Positions 27,103 through 38,108 of a DNA stretch of 64,000 nucleotides are shown here, in pieces. The stretch comes from a virus, in IMG/VR virus record IMGVR_UViG_3300029989_000006; one strand, 5' to 3'. The notes under the pieces were generated by a model. That model did no database searches. It saw only the letters and a program-made list of their open reading frames with translations, and was not told the DNA's origin. Numbering within the stretch: position 1 is the first letter of the stretch; each line of letters begins with the position of its first letter. A program made the position numbers and the translations under genes.

Positions 27103-29145
27103 TTAGTAATTGCTGCAGGCTGTATTTTCAAAACAATTTTGTCCACTTGCATAAGTGTCAATCGGTAATAACATATATAATCCATTATATGAAAAAGTTG
27201 GTTCAGATAAAGAACAAATTCCAAGCATTAATTTTCCATCTTGATTACTTATATTATCAAATTGATTAAAAGGAGCTGTAATTTCATGAATTTCATTTGG
27301 AGGTAAATATGAAATACATAATGGATAATTATTTGAATAAAGTATATCTAAAGGTATTAGTATAGTTCAGCATATTCCCAATCCACTATTAGGATCAGTA
27401 GTTGTTGGTATTTCTTGACAATATTGAGAAGGAGCTAAAACTATTTGCTGTTGAAATAATTGAAGAATATATTCATCAATATTAGTATTTAATGGTTCAA
27501 CTATTAAAGCTTTATTATTTTCCCCAATTGTAAAATAATTAATAATTGTTGGTGTTCCAAAAGCTTCTGCGTATGAATTATTTAAACCATTAAGTAAAAA
27601 TATATATGCATTACTTATATCTGTAACTTTTAATTCATAATCTAAGAATTCTCCATTATTATTTTGTAGTCAATATTCTTGATATAACATATTTCCATTA
27701 ATACAAATATCATTCTGTGGAATAAATTTTATATTATCATAACTTGTATTTATTAGAATAGATCCATGAATTGTATATTTATCTAAAAATTCTTTAGGTA
27801 AATCATCTTCTGTATATTCATCACTAAAGCCTTCTAATGAAAGAATAGGTGTTATAACATATTCTAATAGTTTGTTATTATAATTTGTTCCACTAATATT
27901 ATAAATAATGTAAGATGCTAAATTATCTGTAAACTCCACATTTCATTCATCATATATTTCTGTAGATTTATCTAAATATATTTTAACTTTGGCTTTAGTT
28001 ATTTTAACATCTCCAGTTACTAAATTAATAGATTTTTGAGCAATTCCTTGTAAAGTTAAACTAAATGAATAATAATTTTGTGGAACTAATGTTTCAGTAG
28101 TAAATTCATCAGTCGTTAATTCCTCAGTAGTGGTTGGATCAGTTGTAGATAATACATCAGTAGTAGTTGGTAATACAGTAGTTAGTAATATTGGGATATG
28201 AGGATCTCCAACAAATTCTGAAAGATTAATTGTTGGAACATCAATAACTTTAAATATCTTTAAATCTTCTATTTCTAATGATAAAGCTAATTTTCCTTTA
28301 TATTGAGAAGGACAGTAATATCTAAAATTATTATCATTAAATCAATATTCTCCAACATTAATCTGAAAATTTTTATAATGGTTATACTTTAATCAAATAT
28401 CTTGAGTTAAATCTAAATATCCATTATTTAATTGATGATATAATTTTACTCTATAAAATTTAGGAACAAAAGTAATTTCTGAATAATCTACAATACCTTG
28501 TGAAATATTTTCAGTATGTATAGTTAAACTATTATTAAAAATAATATATCTTCCTGTTTTAAAATCAGTTGTATTAATAACACTATATTTATATAGATCT
28601 GGAGTTACAATGGTTCCATAATAACTTTTACTATCAGAAGCTTCTGGTGAAGGATAACTTCCAAATTCTATTATTCCAAACCTATTATTATAATCCTCTT
28701 CCGTACCAATGATATCTCAATACTTATTAGATTCTTCTGGTAATTTAGGTAAAGTATTATTAAAATAATCTTTTCTCTGATAAAAAATTTTAATATCGGA
28801 TCATACTGGCTTTGAATATACTAAATCATCTTTTATATATGAAACACTTTGATTTCATTCTAGTATATTATTAATATTTATATCTGGTAATTTTCGTGAA
28901 GCTATATATAAAACTCCACCAAATTCTTTCATTCCTAATGGTTGAAATCCTTCAGTTAAGTGAACGACTCCATCTACTGTTTGTATTGGAGCATTACCTG
29001 CATCATTTTGTAGACTTAATTCATCACCATTAAAAGTGATAAAAGTTGCATTTACTGCATCTGTTAGGACATTATTAGGAGTTGTAAGGGGATTTAAGTC
29101 AAATACAAGCCCTTTATCAAAAGTATTAACTGATTCCTTTTTCAT
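27103..29145 (-). CDS. Tail muzzle/stabilisation N-terminal-like protein (680 aa) with Thr-rich insert; code 4
   Basis: NTFDKGLVFDLNP...LTDAVNAT...LQNDAGN and EFGSYPSP motifs; read through TGAs to TAA at 27103. Confidence 0.7.
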
Positions 29146-30157
29146 ATTCTTTTATTAATTCTTGTCATGTTTTATTTGAAGGAATAAATTTTAAATCTCT
29201 TACTTCTCCTAAATATTCTAAATTTCTTAATTTTAATTTTGGTGCCCAAAAAGCCCAACCTTTAAAAGTATCTCTTTTAAATCTAAATATATATAAATGA
29301 TTTGATTTATATCTTAATTCTTCCTGAATTTTTCTTGGTATGATATTTACAAAATGAGTAATTTTTCTTGCAACTTTATTTGTTTCACATCATTCCTGAA
29401 AAAGTCTATCATTTAAACCAATATAATAATATCCATCAAAATCCTTTCTTTCTCATTGTGCAATTTTTCTTAGCTTCTTATCTCTTCTAATACTATATTG
29501 TTTTATTTGATAAGGTATATTTAAAGATAAAGCCCCAATATATGCAACACAATCAATATATTTTTTGGTATTAATAGAAATAGCACATCCATATTTTATT
29601 GAAGAATACATTCTTCTAAATCCATGCATTAAAATCTTTTTTAATTCTTTTAATGTTAATTCTGTGAATTTTTCATGGACTTCTGGTAAAATATCATTTA
29701 TGGTCAAATCTTTTATTGTATAAAATTTTTCTCCTGAATTTATTTTATCCAAAAATTTCTGTTTTAAGGCACCTCCGAGATACACAGGATAAGATTTTTG
29801 ATATGCCTTAGCCTTGTAATAGTACTTGATAAAATAACCCGTAAAATCAGATTCTACAAAATCAATTTCAGAAAAACGACCACATTGTCTTTGTTTCACA
29901 AACTGATCTTCTAGAACAATTTCAAAATCAAGATAACCCTCAACAGAATATGGGATCAAAAATCTTACTTTTTCATCAATCATTTTATTAATAATTAATC
30001 CAAAACAGTATTTAAATGGATCAGCTACTGCATCAGCATAACTATTGGTAGATCCATATAATTTAATAAATCATGCTCATTTTTTATCAGTTACTTTATT
30101 TGTTGGATTTGTATATAACTCTTCACAAGTTAGTCCATGATTAAAAAATATTCTCAT
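29126..30157 (-). CDS. Conserved phage protein (343 aa), possibly IHF/HU-like DNA-binding; code 4
   Basis: ATG at 30157 to TAA at 29126 through TGAs. It is basic and occupies the position of the IHF-like genes in crAss-like tail modules; function inferred from synteny only. Confidence 0.45.
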
Positions 30158-30861
30158 TAACGAACAGGCTTATAACTCTTTCCAAATCGTTTTCTATCCC
30201 AAGAACTGGATACATTAAGTATCTCATCCATTTCGTTTTGATTAATATATTCTGGAATTCTTGCTTGAGAACACAAACTTTTTCATTTTTGTTCTAATAT
30301 TTGAGCTAATTGCATTAAATTTCTATCTCTTGAAACTAATGCATTTTTAAAAGTATTTGTATATGCAAGAAAAGCTGATATTGCATCTAATTCTTTTACA
30401 TTTAAATAAGGTAAACCTTCTTCATCTGCAATTACTCCTTTATATAAAATATGTACACTACGAAAGTTATCAGATAAAAATATTTTTTGTCCTTCTTGTC
30501 TATATTTAATATATTTACCAGAAGAATATAATGTTCCAGTATTATATTTTCTAGATTCAATATAACTCTCAATTCATCCACTTTGTGAATTTCCTGGTAA
30601 TAATTGATTAGAAGTTTTTTGATAATCTTCATAATCTGCTGTAACTGCCTCAATTATATCTACATTACATGGAAGATCTACATAATAATTTCCAGATAAA
30701 TCTTTAATAGGTTCTGTTATATATTTATATAATCTTGTTTGTTTATTTCCTATTCTATCTCATCCAATTAAACCAATTGATTCAAATTCATCTGGATTAA
30801 GTTCTAATCCATATAACTCCCTAGCTTGTGTGTAAGCTGTATTAAAATTATAACTTGTCAT
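30157..30861 (-). CDS. Tail ring/tubular protein (234 aa); code 4
   Basis: ATG at 30861 to TAA at 30157 with two TGAs (LIG-W-DRIGNK; QK-W-KSLC) and a VDLPCNVD motif; absent from the ORF track. Confidence 0.65.
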
Positions 30862-30863
30862 TA

Positions 30864-31532
30864 TTAACGTGGTGTTTGATCATTGGGGTGAGGTTGTGCT
30901 ACTAAACTTCTATAATATCTAATTTTCTTTTCAGTTAATCTCTTTTTAACCTCGGCAGAAATAAAAGATAAATTATCTACTTCTTCTGAAGTACAACATT
31001 TATATTCTGCTAACTGTCTTGGATCTTTAAAAATTGCAATAACCGAAACTTTTTTTAACATAGGTGCATTATAAATTCATGCATCATACATATTATGATC
31101 ATTTGGGGTAGGTTCTACATAAACATATGGTTTATCAAATCCTCTTCTTAGATATTTATGATACTGAAAGGCAGTATTAGTATATATCTTTAATTGTATT
31201 TCTCTATCTATTGATCCAATAAACTCAATTGCCTCACTTTGAAGATCATTAATCGTCTGAGGCATTTCAAAGTGTAATTGTGGAGTAGTAAATGAATCTG
31301 TACTACAGGGACATTTATCCAAAGATTCACAATTCACATCAATACAATTAATTGACATTAATAAATCATTTCTTGGGACAAGATTTTTTAAAGAATATTC
31401 TTTTATAACCTGTAATCTTTCATCTACTATATCATCCATTAATTGATCAAGTGAGATACTAGGTGTTCCTGTAAGTCCACTTAATCCACCTACTATATCA
31501 TTGTATATTGCGGAAGCTAATTTTCTTATCAT
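30864..31532 (-). CDS. Tail ring protein (222 aa); code 4
   Basis: Fragments 31532 and 31061 are joined by TGA (MYDA-W-IYNAP); AIFKDP motif; follows the capsid genes. Confidence 0.65.
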
Positions 31533-31549
31533 ATATAATTTCTTAAACT

Positions 31550-31578
31550 AAAAAAGGCGACGGTATATCCGCCGCCTT
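31550..31578 (-). terminator. Rho-independent terminator
   Basis: AAGGCGGCGG-ATATA-CCGTCGCCTT followed by a T-run on the minus strand. Confidence 0.8.
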
Positions 31579-31601
31579 AATTAGACCATATTTATTTAAA
31601 A

Positions 31602-32702
31602 CTAAGCTTGAACTGTATAAGTAATGCTTGCAGTATTACCAACTGCATCAGTAACAGTAACAATTGCTGCACCTGTTCCTGTAACTCCATCAGTAGTAAC
31701 TAATCCAGTAGCATTAACAGTTGCTCTTGTAGGTTGATCAGATACAAATGTAATTGCTCCAATTGCACCAGTAACAACCATTTGATCTGCAGTATTATCT
31801 GAAGTATCTAATGTAGCTGTTGTAGTAACAACTGCGGTTAATTTATAAGGTGTTGTTAAAGATAATTTATCTAATTCAGTTTCAAAATCAGAGACAAGAT
31901 CCGCTTTTACCCAAAATACATGAGTTGTAATTGATGTTGCACCAGAAACAATTCCATCTTGTCCATCTTTAGTTTTAGAATAACGAAGTGTATATTCTGT
32001 ATAATTACCTCCAAGAATTGGACGTTCTTCTTTACTAATACCAAAAGCACGAACATTTTCAGCAGTTGGAAGAACAACTTGTCTCATCATCCATGCATCA
32101 TCACCAAAAGCAATAATTCCATTAGTAGTAACAGCACCAGTAGCTATTGTAGTAAACTCTGGTTGAATAATACTATTTGGAGAAGCAACTTCAATTGAAG
32201 CAGTAATTGCTGCAAATCTTTGAGATGTGTCTTTAGCTGTTAATGTAATTTCAGCTGAATTTGCTGAAGCAATTATATAACTATGTCCAAATCTATTTTT
32301 TAAGGTATTTAAAGCAGAAACTAAAGAAGCAGCATCATTAGCTGCATTATTTGTTGCTAAAATTTCAACTGTAACTGGTTTTTTGAAATCTAAAGAATAG
32401 TTTACATATTCTGATAGTGTTGATTGAGAAAGTTTAAGATCAATATTTAATCTTAAAATAAGTCCAGCAGCAACTTGAGTAATTGTAATCTTTGCAACCT
32501 CTTTAACACCAGCTTGGTAAGGTCTTTTATGTAAAGCAACAATATTTGCTTTTTTGAAGGTACCTACTTTTGCAACGAAAAGTTGAGTAGCAGAACCAAC
32601 ATATTTATCTACAGCGGCACCATTGCTGTCAAGCAAAGCATTACCATCATAATCTACCGCATATTGCGAATTAATAACATTAGTTGTCGTAAATTGATAC
32701 AT
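31602..32702 (-). CDS. Auxiliary capsid/decoration protein with C-terminal Ig-like (Big_2-type) domain
   Basis: 366-aa TGA-free ORF. C-terminus ITFVSDQPTRATVNATGLVT...GAAIVTVTD; followed by a strong terminator. Confidence 0.6.
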   Translation of the reverse strand: MYQFTTTNVINSQYAVDYDGNALLDSNGAAVDKYVGSATQLFVAKVGTFKKANIVALHKRPYQAGVKEVAKITITQVAAGLILRLNIDLKLSQSTLSEYVNYSLDFKKPVTVEILATNNAANDAASLVSALNTLKNRFGHSYIIASANSAEITLTAKDTSQRFAAITASIEVASPNSIIQPEFTTIATGAVTTNGIIAFGDDAWMMRQVVLPTAENVRAFGISKEERPILGGNYTEYTLRYSKTKDGQDGIVSGATSITTHVFWVKADLVSDFETELDKLSLTTPYKLTAVVTTTATLDTSDNTADQMVVTGAIGAITFVSDQPTRATVNATGLVTTDGVTGTGAAIVTVTDAVGNTASITYTVQA

Positions 32703-32738
32703 GTTATAAAATATTTATTTTTTTATTTAAAGAGTTAT

Positions 32739-33587
32739 CTATTTCTTGTGTGCTTGAGGTTGTTCTTGTTGAGGAGAAGCTATTGATTGATTAATTGGAA
32801 TATGACTTTGTAATCTAGGATCACTTGCATTTTCCATTAATAAATGAATAAGTTCATTAACAATTTCCTGGGCAACATAATCTGGAAATTCTAATAATTG
32901 TGAGGTATCTTCTACTGCATCTACTTCTTCTTGTGTAAGACGAATAAATTGTGGTGCTCTTAAATAATCCACATAAACTTTTGAAAGTTTAAATATTGCA
33001 TCATCTTTTCCATAACGAATCTCCATTCTAACTTTAGATCTATTACCATATCTATATTCTGCAGTTTTTTGAACCAGATCTCCAGGAGTACCTTGAGTAT
33101 AGTTAACATCTGTAGGTTTAGTAGAAATAGGATTAAGTATGTCTGTATTTACATTATTAATATAATAATATGGATTTTTATATGAAGGCCTCATATAATA
33201 ATTATGTAATAATTGGGATAACATATCAGCAGTAGCACGTTTTGCTCCTTGCTGCCATTGCATTCCTGCATTATAACATTTATATTGTTTTTGAACAGTA
33301 TATTCTACTATACAATTCAAAATATGTAAATAATCATCTGGTAAATCAACGTCATAGGTTTTATCAAATAAATCTGATGCTGCCCATTCTGTTGCAGGAA
33401 CTGGTACTAAAACCACTGATCCTTTTAAAACTCTTAAATCATCTGTTTTTTGTTGATTTACATCATAAGCGTTGTAAGCTTTATTGATGAACTGGTTCAC
33501 AGCTTTATTTGCAAAATAATTATAATCCTCAAGCAAAAGACTCGGGGCTTCTCTTTTATTCAATTCAATTAAAGCAGCTTCGAACAT
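32739..33587 (-). CDS. Head-tail ring/adaptor protein
   Basis: LIELNK...NQQKTDDLRVL...LPDDYLHI...YLRAP...LEFPDY, a crAss ring-protein pattern two genes downstream of MCP. Confidence 0.65.
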   Translation of the reverse strand: MFEAALIELNKREAPSLLLEDYNYFANKAVNQFINKAYNAYDVNQQKTDDLRVLKGSVVLVPVPATEWAASDLFDKTYDVDLPDDYLHILNCIVEYTVQKQYKCYNAGMQWQQGAKRATADMLSQLLHNYYMRPSYKNPYYYINNVNTDILNPISTKPTDVNYTQGTPGDLVQKTAEYRYGNRSKVRMEIRYGKDDAIFKLSKVYVDYLRAPQFIRLTQEEVDAVEDTSQLLEFPDYVAQEIVNELIHLLMENASDPRLQSHIPINQSIASPQQEQPQAHKK

Positions 33588-33646
33588 TTGTTTTGCTGTG
33601 ATGGTAGTAAATTATTAGAAAATTAATTTATAAAATTAATTTATGG

Positions 33647-34546
33647 TTATTTTTTATTAACAGGGCCCCCTTTAGGTTTTAAAGGCACACCTTCTACTAA
33701 ATTAGATATATCATCTTCGAGTCCGGCACCTTCCTCAGCAATTTCTTTTTTAGTCATTAACTCAGGATAAGTCTCTCTTTTAATCGAATCTGTTAATTTC
33801 TTATATCGAATATCTCTTAAAAATGTAATTGTTGCTTCTATTGATCCGCCAAGCATTTTATCATCATATTTATAAATACCATCAGAACGTCTAATGACCC
33901 CTCTTTCAACAGAATCTAAAATAAATAAATGCATTTTCCAATCCTCACCTTCATAAAGTTCAATAATTTTTTTAGGTGTCTTAGCAGCAATTTCTAATAA
34001 ATAATCTAATACATCTGCAGGTACTGCGTTTTGTAAATTTCTTCCCAATACTCTAGCTTTTTTCACTCTTTCTTGTTCTGAATCTTCATAGATATATCTT
34101 TCAGCTGTGAAAATAACTTGTTTTTTATTAACCTTAGCTTTTGTGACTTCTCCTGGTCTTTCAACATATAAATCAGCTACACCATATCTTTTAGCTCCAC
34201 CATCTATAATTAAATTTCCTTGATCATCACGTTGATATCTATCTTTTGCAATCCAGTTACAATTTTCAATGGCTTCTCAGTGGGCTTTATCTACAATATC
34301 ATCTAAATCAAATCTTGTTCCATCAACAATTTGAAAAACTTTATCTGCTGGAACAAAATGTTTTTTACCTTTACTCATTTGATCAATATCATCTTCTGAT
34401 AAAATCATCTCAGTATTATCAACAGGACCTTTTACTGGTTTAACACAATCAGGAAGTCTTCCTGTTCTAGGATTAGGACATGGTTGTATATAATATATTT
34501 GATTTACTTTACCATACACACTTCTTAGAAGTATTTCATTACTCAT
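33647..34546 (-). CDS. Conserved crAss-like protein downstream of MCP (299 aa); code 4
   Basis: Fragments 34552/34546 and 34066 are joined through one TGA (DKAH-W-EAI). Confidence 0.7.
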
Positions 34547-34599
34547 ATTCACTTTTATTTTTTATATTTACGTATATAATCTAATTAATATTTATCTAA

Positions 34600-34627
34600 A
34601 TAAAGGAGGAATTGCTTCCTCCTTTAT
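34600..34627 (-). terminator. Terminator hairpin after MCP
   Basis: Perfect 12-bp stem ATAAAGGAGGAA-GCAA-TTCCTCCTTTAT with a GNRA loop. Confidence 0.8.
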
Positions 34628-34638
34628 TATCTATTTTT

Positions 34639-36069
34639 CTAAACTTCTTCAGCAATGAAGGATTTGTAAGGTGCAAAAGCAGCCAATCCTGCATAACCAG
34701 CAACGATTAATTTAGATCCAGCAACTGGAGAACTAACAATACCACTTGTGATACCATCAATTCCACCTACTCCAGGATATTTAGAAGTAACAAATTCTGC
34801 ACCAGCTAAAGTAAATCCAGCGATTGCAGGTTGATTTGTACTCATATCAGGAGTCATGTCTAAACAAATTCCATAAGCTTTTGTTGGGTATTCTTTTGAT
34901 AAAGCACGGTCTACCATGAATGTAACTTGATTACCTGCAATTTGATATGTAGTAAAAGTTCCACCTACTTTAATAGGATTATCCACTTTCATCATAGCAT
35001 TTGAATCTCTAGAATATAACATAGTAGGAGTAGATCCCCATAATTTTAACCAATCACCAAGAGTTGTATTGATTTGTCCCCAGAATCTATCATTAATAAC
35101 AAATGTATAGTTATTACCTGTTGGATTAACAGCTTTTTGATTCATTTGCTCCATTATAGTATTAATAACATTAATATTTAATTTTGCAAATTTGAATTTA
35201 GAGGCAAATCTTTCAATTTGTGGAACAAGACCATCACCAGCAATTAATGGACGACCATCTTCTGTTAAAACAGTAGATTTTCCATTAACATCCATTGTGG
35301 TTTTTTGCCACAATAAAGCGTTGTTTTTCACTGTATTGAAGTTATCCAATAAGTCTTTTTCCATTTTGTTCAATTTGAACAATTTTTCTTTCATTTCACC
35401 AGTACCATCACCTTGGGCAATTTTAATAAACTGATCTTCCATCTGTGCATAACGTGCAGAGTAAGAAATATCATTTCTATGCTCAGTTATCCATTGACGA
35501 TGTTTTTCAATATTACTTTGGTATTTAGTAAATCCTTCCTCATGATATTCAGGTTGAATATTTGCTAAGAAACGAGTAGTCATTCCTAATTGACAAGCTG
35601 ATGCATCTAATATTGCTGAATAATCAGCATCAATTAATTGTACTGTATAAACCCAAAAGTTATCAGCTTGTCTTTCTGGAGTTGCTTTTACAATACATTG
35701 TTGACGAGAGCCGTCAATTTTAAAGGTATCATATTTCTCATAGTATCTTTCTTTAAAATACATGGTAATATCTGCACCAATAGCACCTGTTCCACTTGGA
35801 GCAGCTGCAAATTCAACACGTTTAACAAACTCAACATCAATTTCCCATTCTATCATGAGAGAATTTATTGGCTGAAATTTATTAGCAGTTTTTGAATTAT
35901 AATAAATATTCATTAAACCTTCAGTAAGGAATGTGGCAGTATTTTGAGTATTCATTCTTGCCATAACTCCCATCATCTTTGGTCTAGTTCCTAAAAATTT
36001 GTAGAAATCTTCATAAGTTCTACTGTGTGCCATTTCTGGCTTTACGTTAACGTAACTTGCTACAATCAT
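34639..36069 (-). CDS. Major capsid protein (476 aa)
   Basis: Size, position after an acidic scaffold-like gene, strong terminator, and motifs (EWEI, F.ERYY, GDGLVPQI) typical of crAss HK97-fold MCP; all 7 Trp are TGG. Confidence 0.85.
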   Translation of the reverse strand: MIVASYVNVKPEMAHSRTYEDFYKFLGTRPKMMGVMARMNTQNTATFLTEGLMNIYYNSKTANKFQPINSLMIEWEIDVEFVKRVEFAAAPSGTGAIGADITMYFKERYYEKYDTFKIDGSRQQCIVKATPERQADNFWVYTVQLIDADYSAILDASACQLGMTTRFLANIQPEYHEEGFTKYQSNIEKHRQWITEHRNDISYSARYAQMEDQFIKIAQGDGTGEMKEKLFKLNKMEKDLLDNFNTVKNNALLWQKTTMDVNGKSTVLTEDGRPLIAGDGLVPQIERFASKFKFAKLNINVINTIMEQMNQKAVNPTGNNYTFVINDRFWGQINTTLGDWLKLWGSTPTMLYSRDSNAMMKVDNPIKVGGTFTTYQIAGNQVTFMVDRALSKEYPTKAYGICLDMTPDMSTNQPAIAGFTLAGAEFVTSKYPGVGGIDGITSGIVSSPVAGSKLIVAGYAGLAAFAPYKSFIAEEV

Positions 36070-36079
36070 TTTTTAAATC

Positions 36080-37054
36080 TTAAAATAAGTCGTGTATATT
36101 TTCTTTTCTTTTTGATGCGTTTTGCACAACGACATTAGGCTTAACTGGTTTTTTTAATTTTGCTATCTCTGCTTCGTAAGCATTTTTTATCGCATCAAAG
36201 GCTTCCTTGCCATAACGCAAATACCAAGCAGCTTCGTAAAGTTTTACTGGGTTATTTAAATCTTTATAAAAATTACTTAATCCTTTATCATCTAATTCTA
36301 ACAAATAAGATAAAGTCTCATTCTTATCTTCATCTTCAAGATCAATTCCATGAAACTCATTTATTTTAGTAGCAATATCAACCATTTGATCCGCAAATTG
36401 ATTGTATTCCTGTTCTCTAAGTTGCTCAGCTTCTTGAGCCTGAGTAAGTTTATATTGATCTTCAAGAATTTTATATTCTCCTCTTAATTTTGTAACTTTT
36501 TTATTAAAAATCTCTGGATTTTGTAATTCTTTTTCAAGTTCAGCAACTAATTCCTCATCTGTTAATTCAAATTTATTTTTTAAATCTAAAAGAAATAACT
36601 CTTGATCATCATATGCGTCTATATCATATGTTGCCTCAGTTTGTTTTCCTAATTCTGTATAAATTGAATCTTTAAATTGTTGTAAGAAAGTTTCAACTGT
36701 TAAATTATTTGATCTTAAATGGTTTAGTAATAATATTTCTTCTTCAGCTAAATCAGGAGTAGTTACTTCATCTTCATTTCTTGCATTTAAAATCTCTAGT
36801 TGTTCTTCTTTAGTTAATCCGTAAAAGTCAACTTCTTGTTCTTGATCTTTTTCATCTAATATTTTAATTTTTGCATTACTTATTCCTCTTGATTTTAAGA
36901 GTTCATCTAATAATGTGGGCTCTTTAGAAGAAGAACCTTCTTCTTCTAATAAAAAGTTATCATCATTTAAATTTTCACCTATAATAGGTTCATCATTTAC
37001 TCCCTCAGTCCCAGAATTTTCATCAAAAAGGTCATCAAATTCTTCCATTGTCAT
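36080..37054 (-). CDS. Acidic helical protein, probable capsid scaffold
   Basis: Highly Asp/Glu-rich coiled-coil ORF directly upstream of MCP. Confidence 0.6.
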   Translation of the reverse strand: MTMEEFDDLFDENSGTEGVNDEPIIGENLNDDNFLLEEEGSSSKEPTLLDELLKSRGISNAKIKILDEKDQEQEVDFYGLTKEEQLEILNARNEDEVTTPDLAEEEILLLNHLRSNNLTVETFLQQFKDSIYTELGKQTEATYDIDAYDDQELFLLDLKNKFELTDEELVAELEKELQNPEIFNKKVTKLRGEYKILEDQYKLTQAQEAEQLREQEYNQFADQMVDIATKINEFHGIDLEDEDKNETLSYLLELDDKGLSNFYKDLNNPVKLYEAAWYLRYGKEAFDAIKNAYEAEIAKLKKPVKPNVVVQNASKRKENIHDLF

Positions 37055-37138
37055 TAAACATTAATTCATTATATATTTTTTTATCTATATTAATTTATTT
37101 TTATTTTTTATGAAATAATTAAAATTAATTTATAGTCA

Positions 37139-37202
37139 CAAAAGTAACACGAAAATACTTATAAAATATATAAATATTTAAAAATTTATATTTTATAAGT
37201 AT
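37139..37202 (-). promoter_or_regulatory. Bacteroidota-type promoter (-7 TACTTTTG) with upstream 16-bp inverted repeat
   Basis: TAnnTTTG at 37146-37139; perfect IR ATACTTATAAAATATA (37155-37170) / TATATTTTATAAGTAT (37187-37202). Confidence 0.6.
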
Positions 37203-37226
37203 AATTCATTATTAATAGTTTTTTTA

Positions 37227-37442
37227 CTATTCTTTTGTTAATTTTGCAGAGAAACCTACAGCAGCAGCAGCAACTAATACGTATTTGCAAATATCTAAAA
37301 TTATTTGAGGCAATTGAAGACTTAAAGTAGTGTTTAATGTTCAAACACTTAAAGCACTTCCCCCAAATGCAAAAGCTAAATTTTTAATTTTTACTCAAAA
37401 GATTGGACTTTTTGTTTTTCAGCGTTCAATTAATTCTTTCAT
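37227..37442 (-). CDS. Small two-TM holin-like protein (71 aa) with three TGA-Trp codons
   Basis: MKELIER-W-KTKSPIF-W-VKIKNLAFAFGGSALSV-W-TLN...KYVLVAAAAVGFSAKLTKE; two hydrophobic helices; not in the ORF track. Confidence 0.65.
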
Positions 37443-37444
37443 AT

Positions 37445-37816
37445 TTATTTTCTTCACATTTGAAATAATTTTCTTGTTTTAAGGTAGTTAAGATTATTTT
37501 CATTCTCGTAACATTCTCTTTCAAGTGCTCCTCTATCTGTTTTATTAAAAGCACAATCTATAAGATCTACTCAATAAAATGCACTTAAGGCAAGAGCTAA
37601 GATTAATCATGTATTTATTAATCCAGAACCAAATATCAATATTTTTATTAATAACAATATTAACCCAATTGATAAAAATTCAATATATTGTCTACCATGG
37701 ATATTCTCATGATTAATTACTATAGGTACAAGTGGCTCTTTATAGAATAAACAGGGCCATATGGTAATATATTTATAATTACCAAAAGGTATTAACTTAT
37801 TTGGAATTTTTATCAT
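37445..37816 (-). CDS. Membrane protein with HExxH (zincin-like) motif (123 aa); code 4
   Basis: NHENIHGRQ, TM segments and LERECY; three TGAs; TAA at 37445. Confidence 0.6.
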
Positions 37817-38097
37817 TTTAAACCATCAATAAATTGATTGGCTTCATCAATAGCATAACCTTCCCATTCTTTAACTTCAGCTTCTGCTTCTTGAATCATT
37901 CTACCAATGAATTCTACTCCATTTTTGTAGATAAATCTTAACATTGCTGATACAGCCAATGGTGAAGCATCTTCAACAATAAATTGATTAACAGCACCAC
38001 CTTCAGTATATACTACTTGGGTTATTGTTAATTTAGCAATAGCTTTAATAGCTTCTAATTCTGCTTGTTTTTCTTTGTACTCGTCTATTTTACTCAT
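37813..38097 (-). CDS. Hypothetical protein (possible fibre chaperone)
   Basis: 94-aa ORF following the LamG paralogues. Confidence 0.5.
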   Translation of the reverse strand: MSKIDEYKEKQAELEAIKAIAKLTITQVVYTEGGAVNQFIVEDASPLAVSAMLRFIYKNGVEFIGRMIQEAEAEVKEWEGYAIDEANQFIDGLK

Positions 38098-38108
38098 GAT
38101 TTTAAATT

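Noticed and set aside
30432-30653. Minus-strand track ORFs 30432-30653, 4792-4974, 6298-6498 and 14830-15051
   Set aside because: They are alternative-frame ORFs nested in longer code-4 genes.
1-31532. Fragmented ORFs read as pseudogenes or sequencing errors
   Set aside because: Fragments stay in one frame and break only at TGA, which recoding explains without frameshifts.
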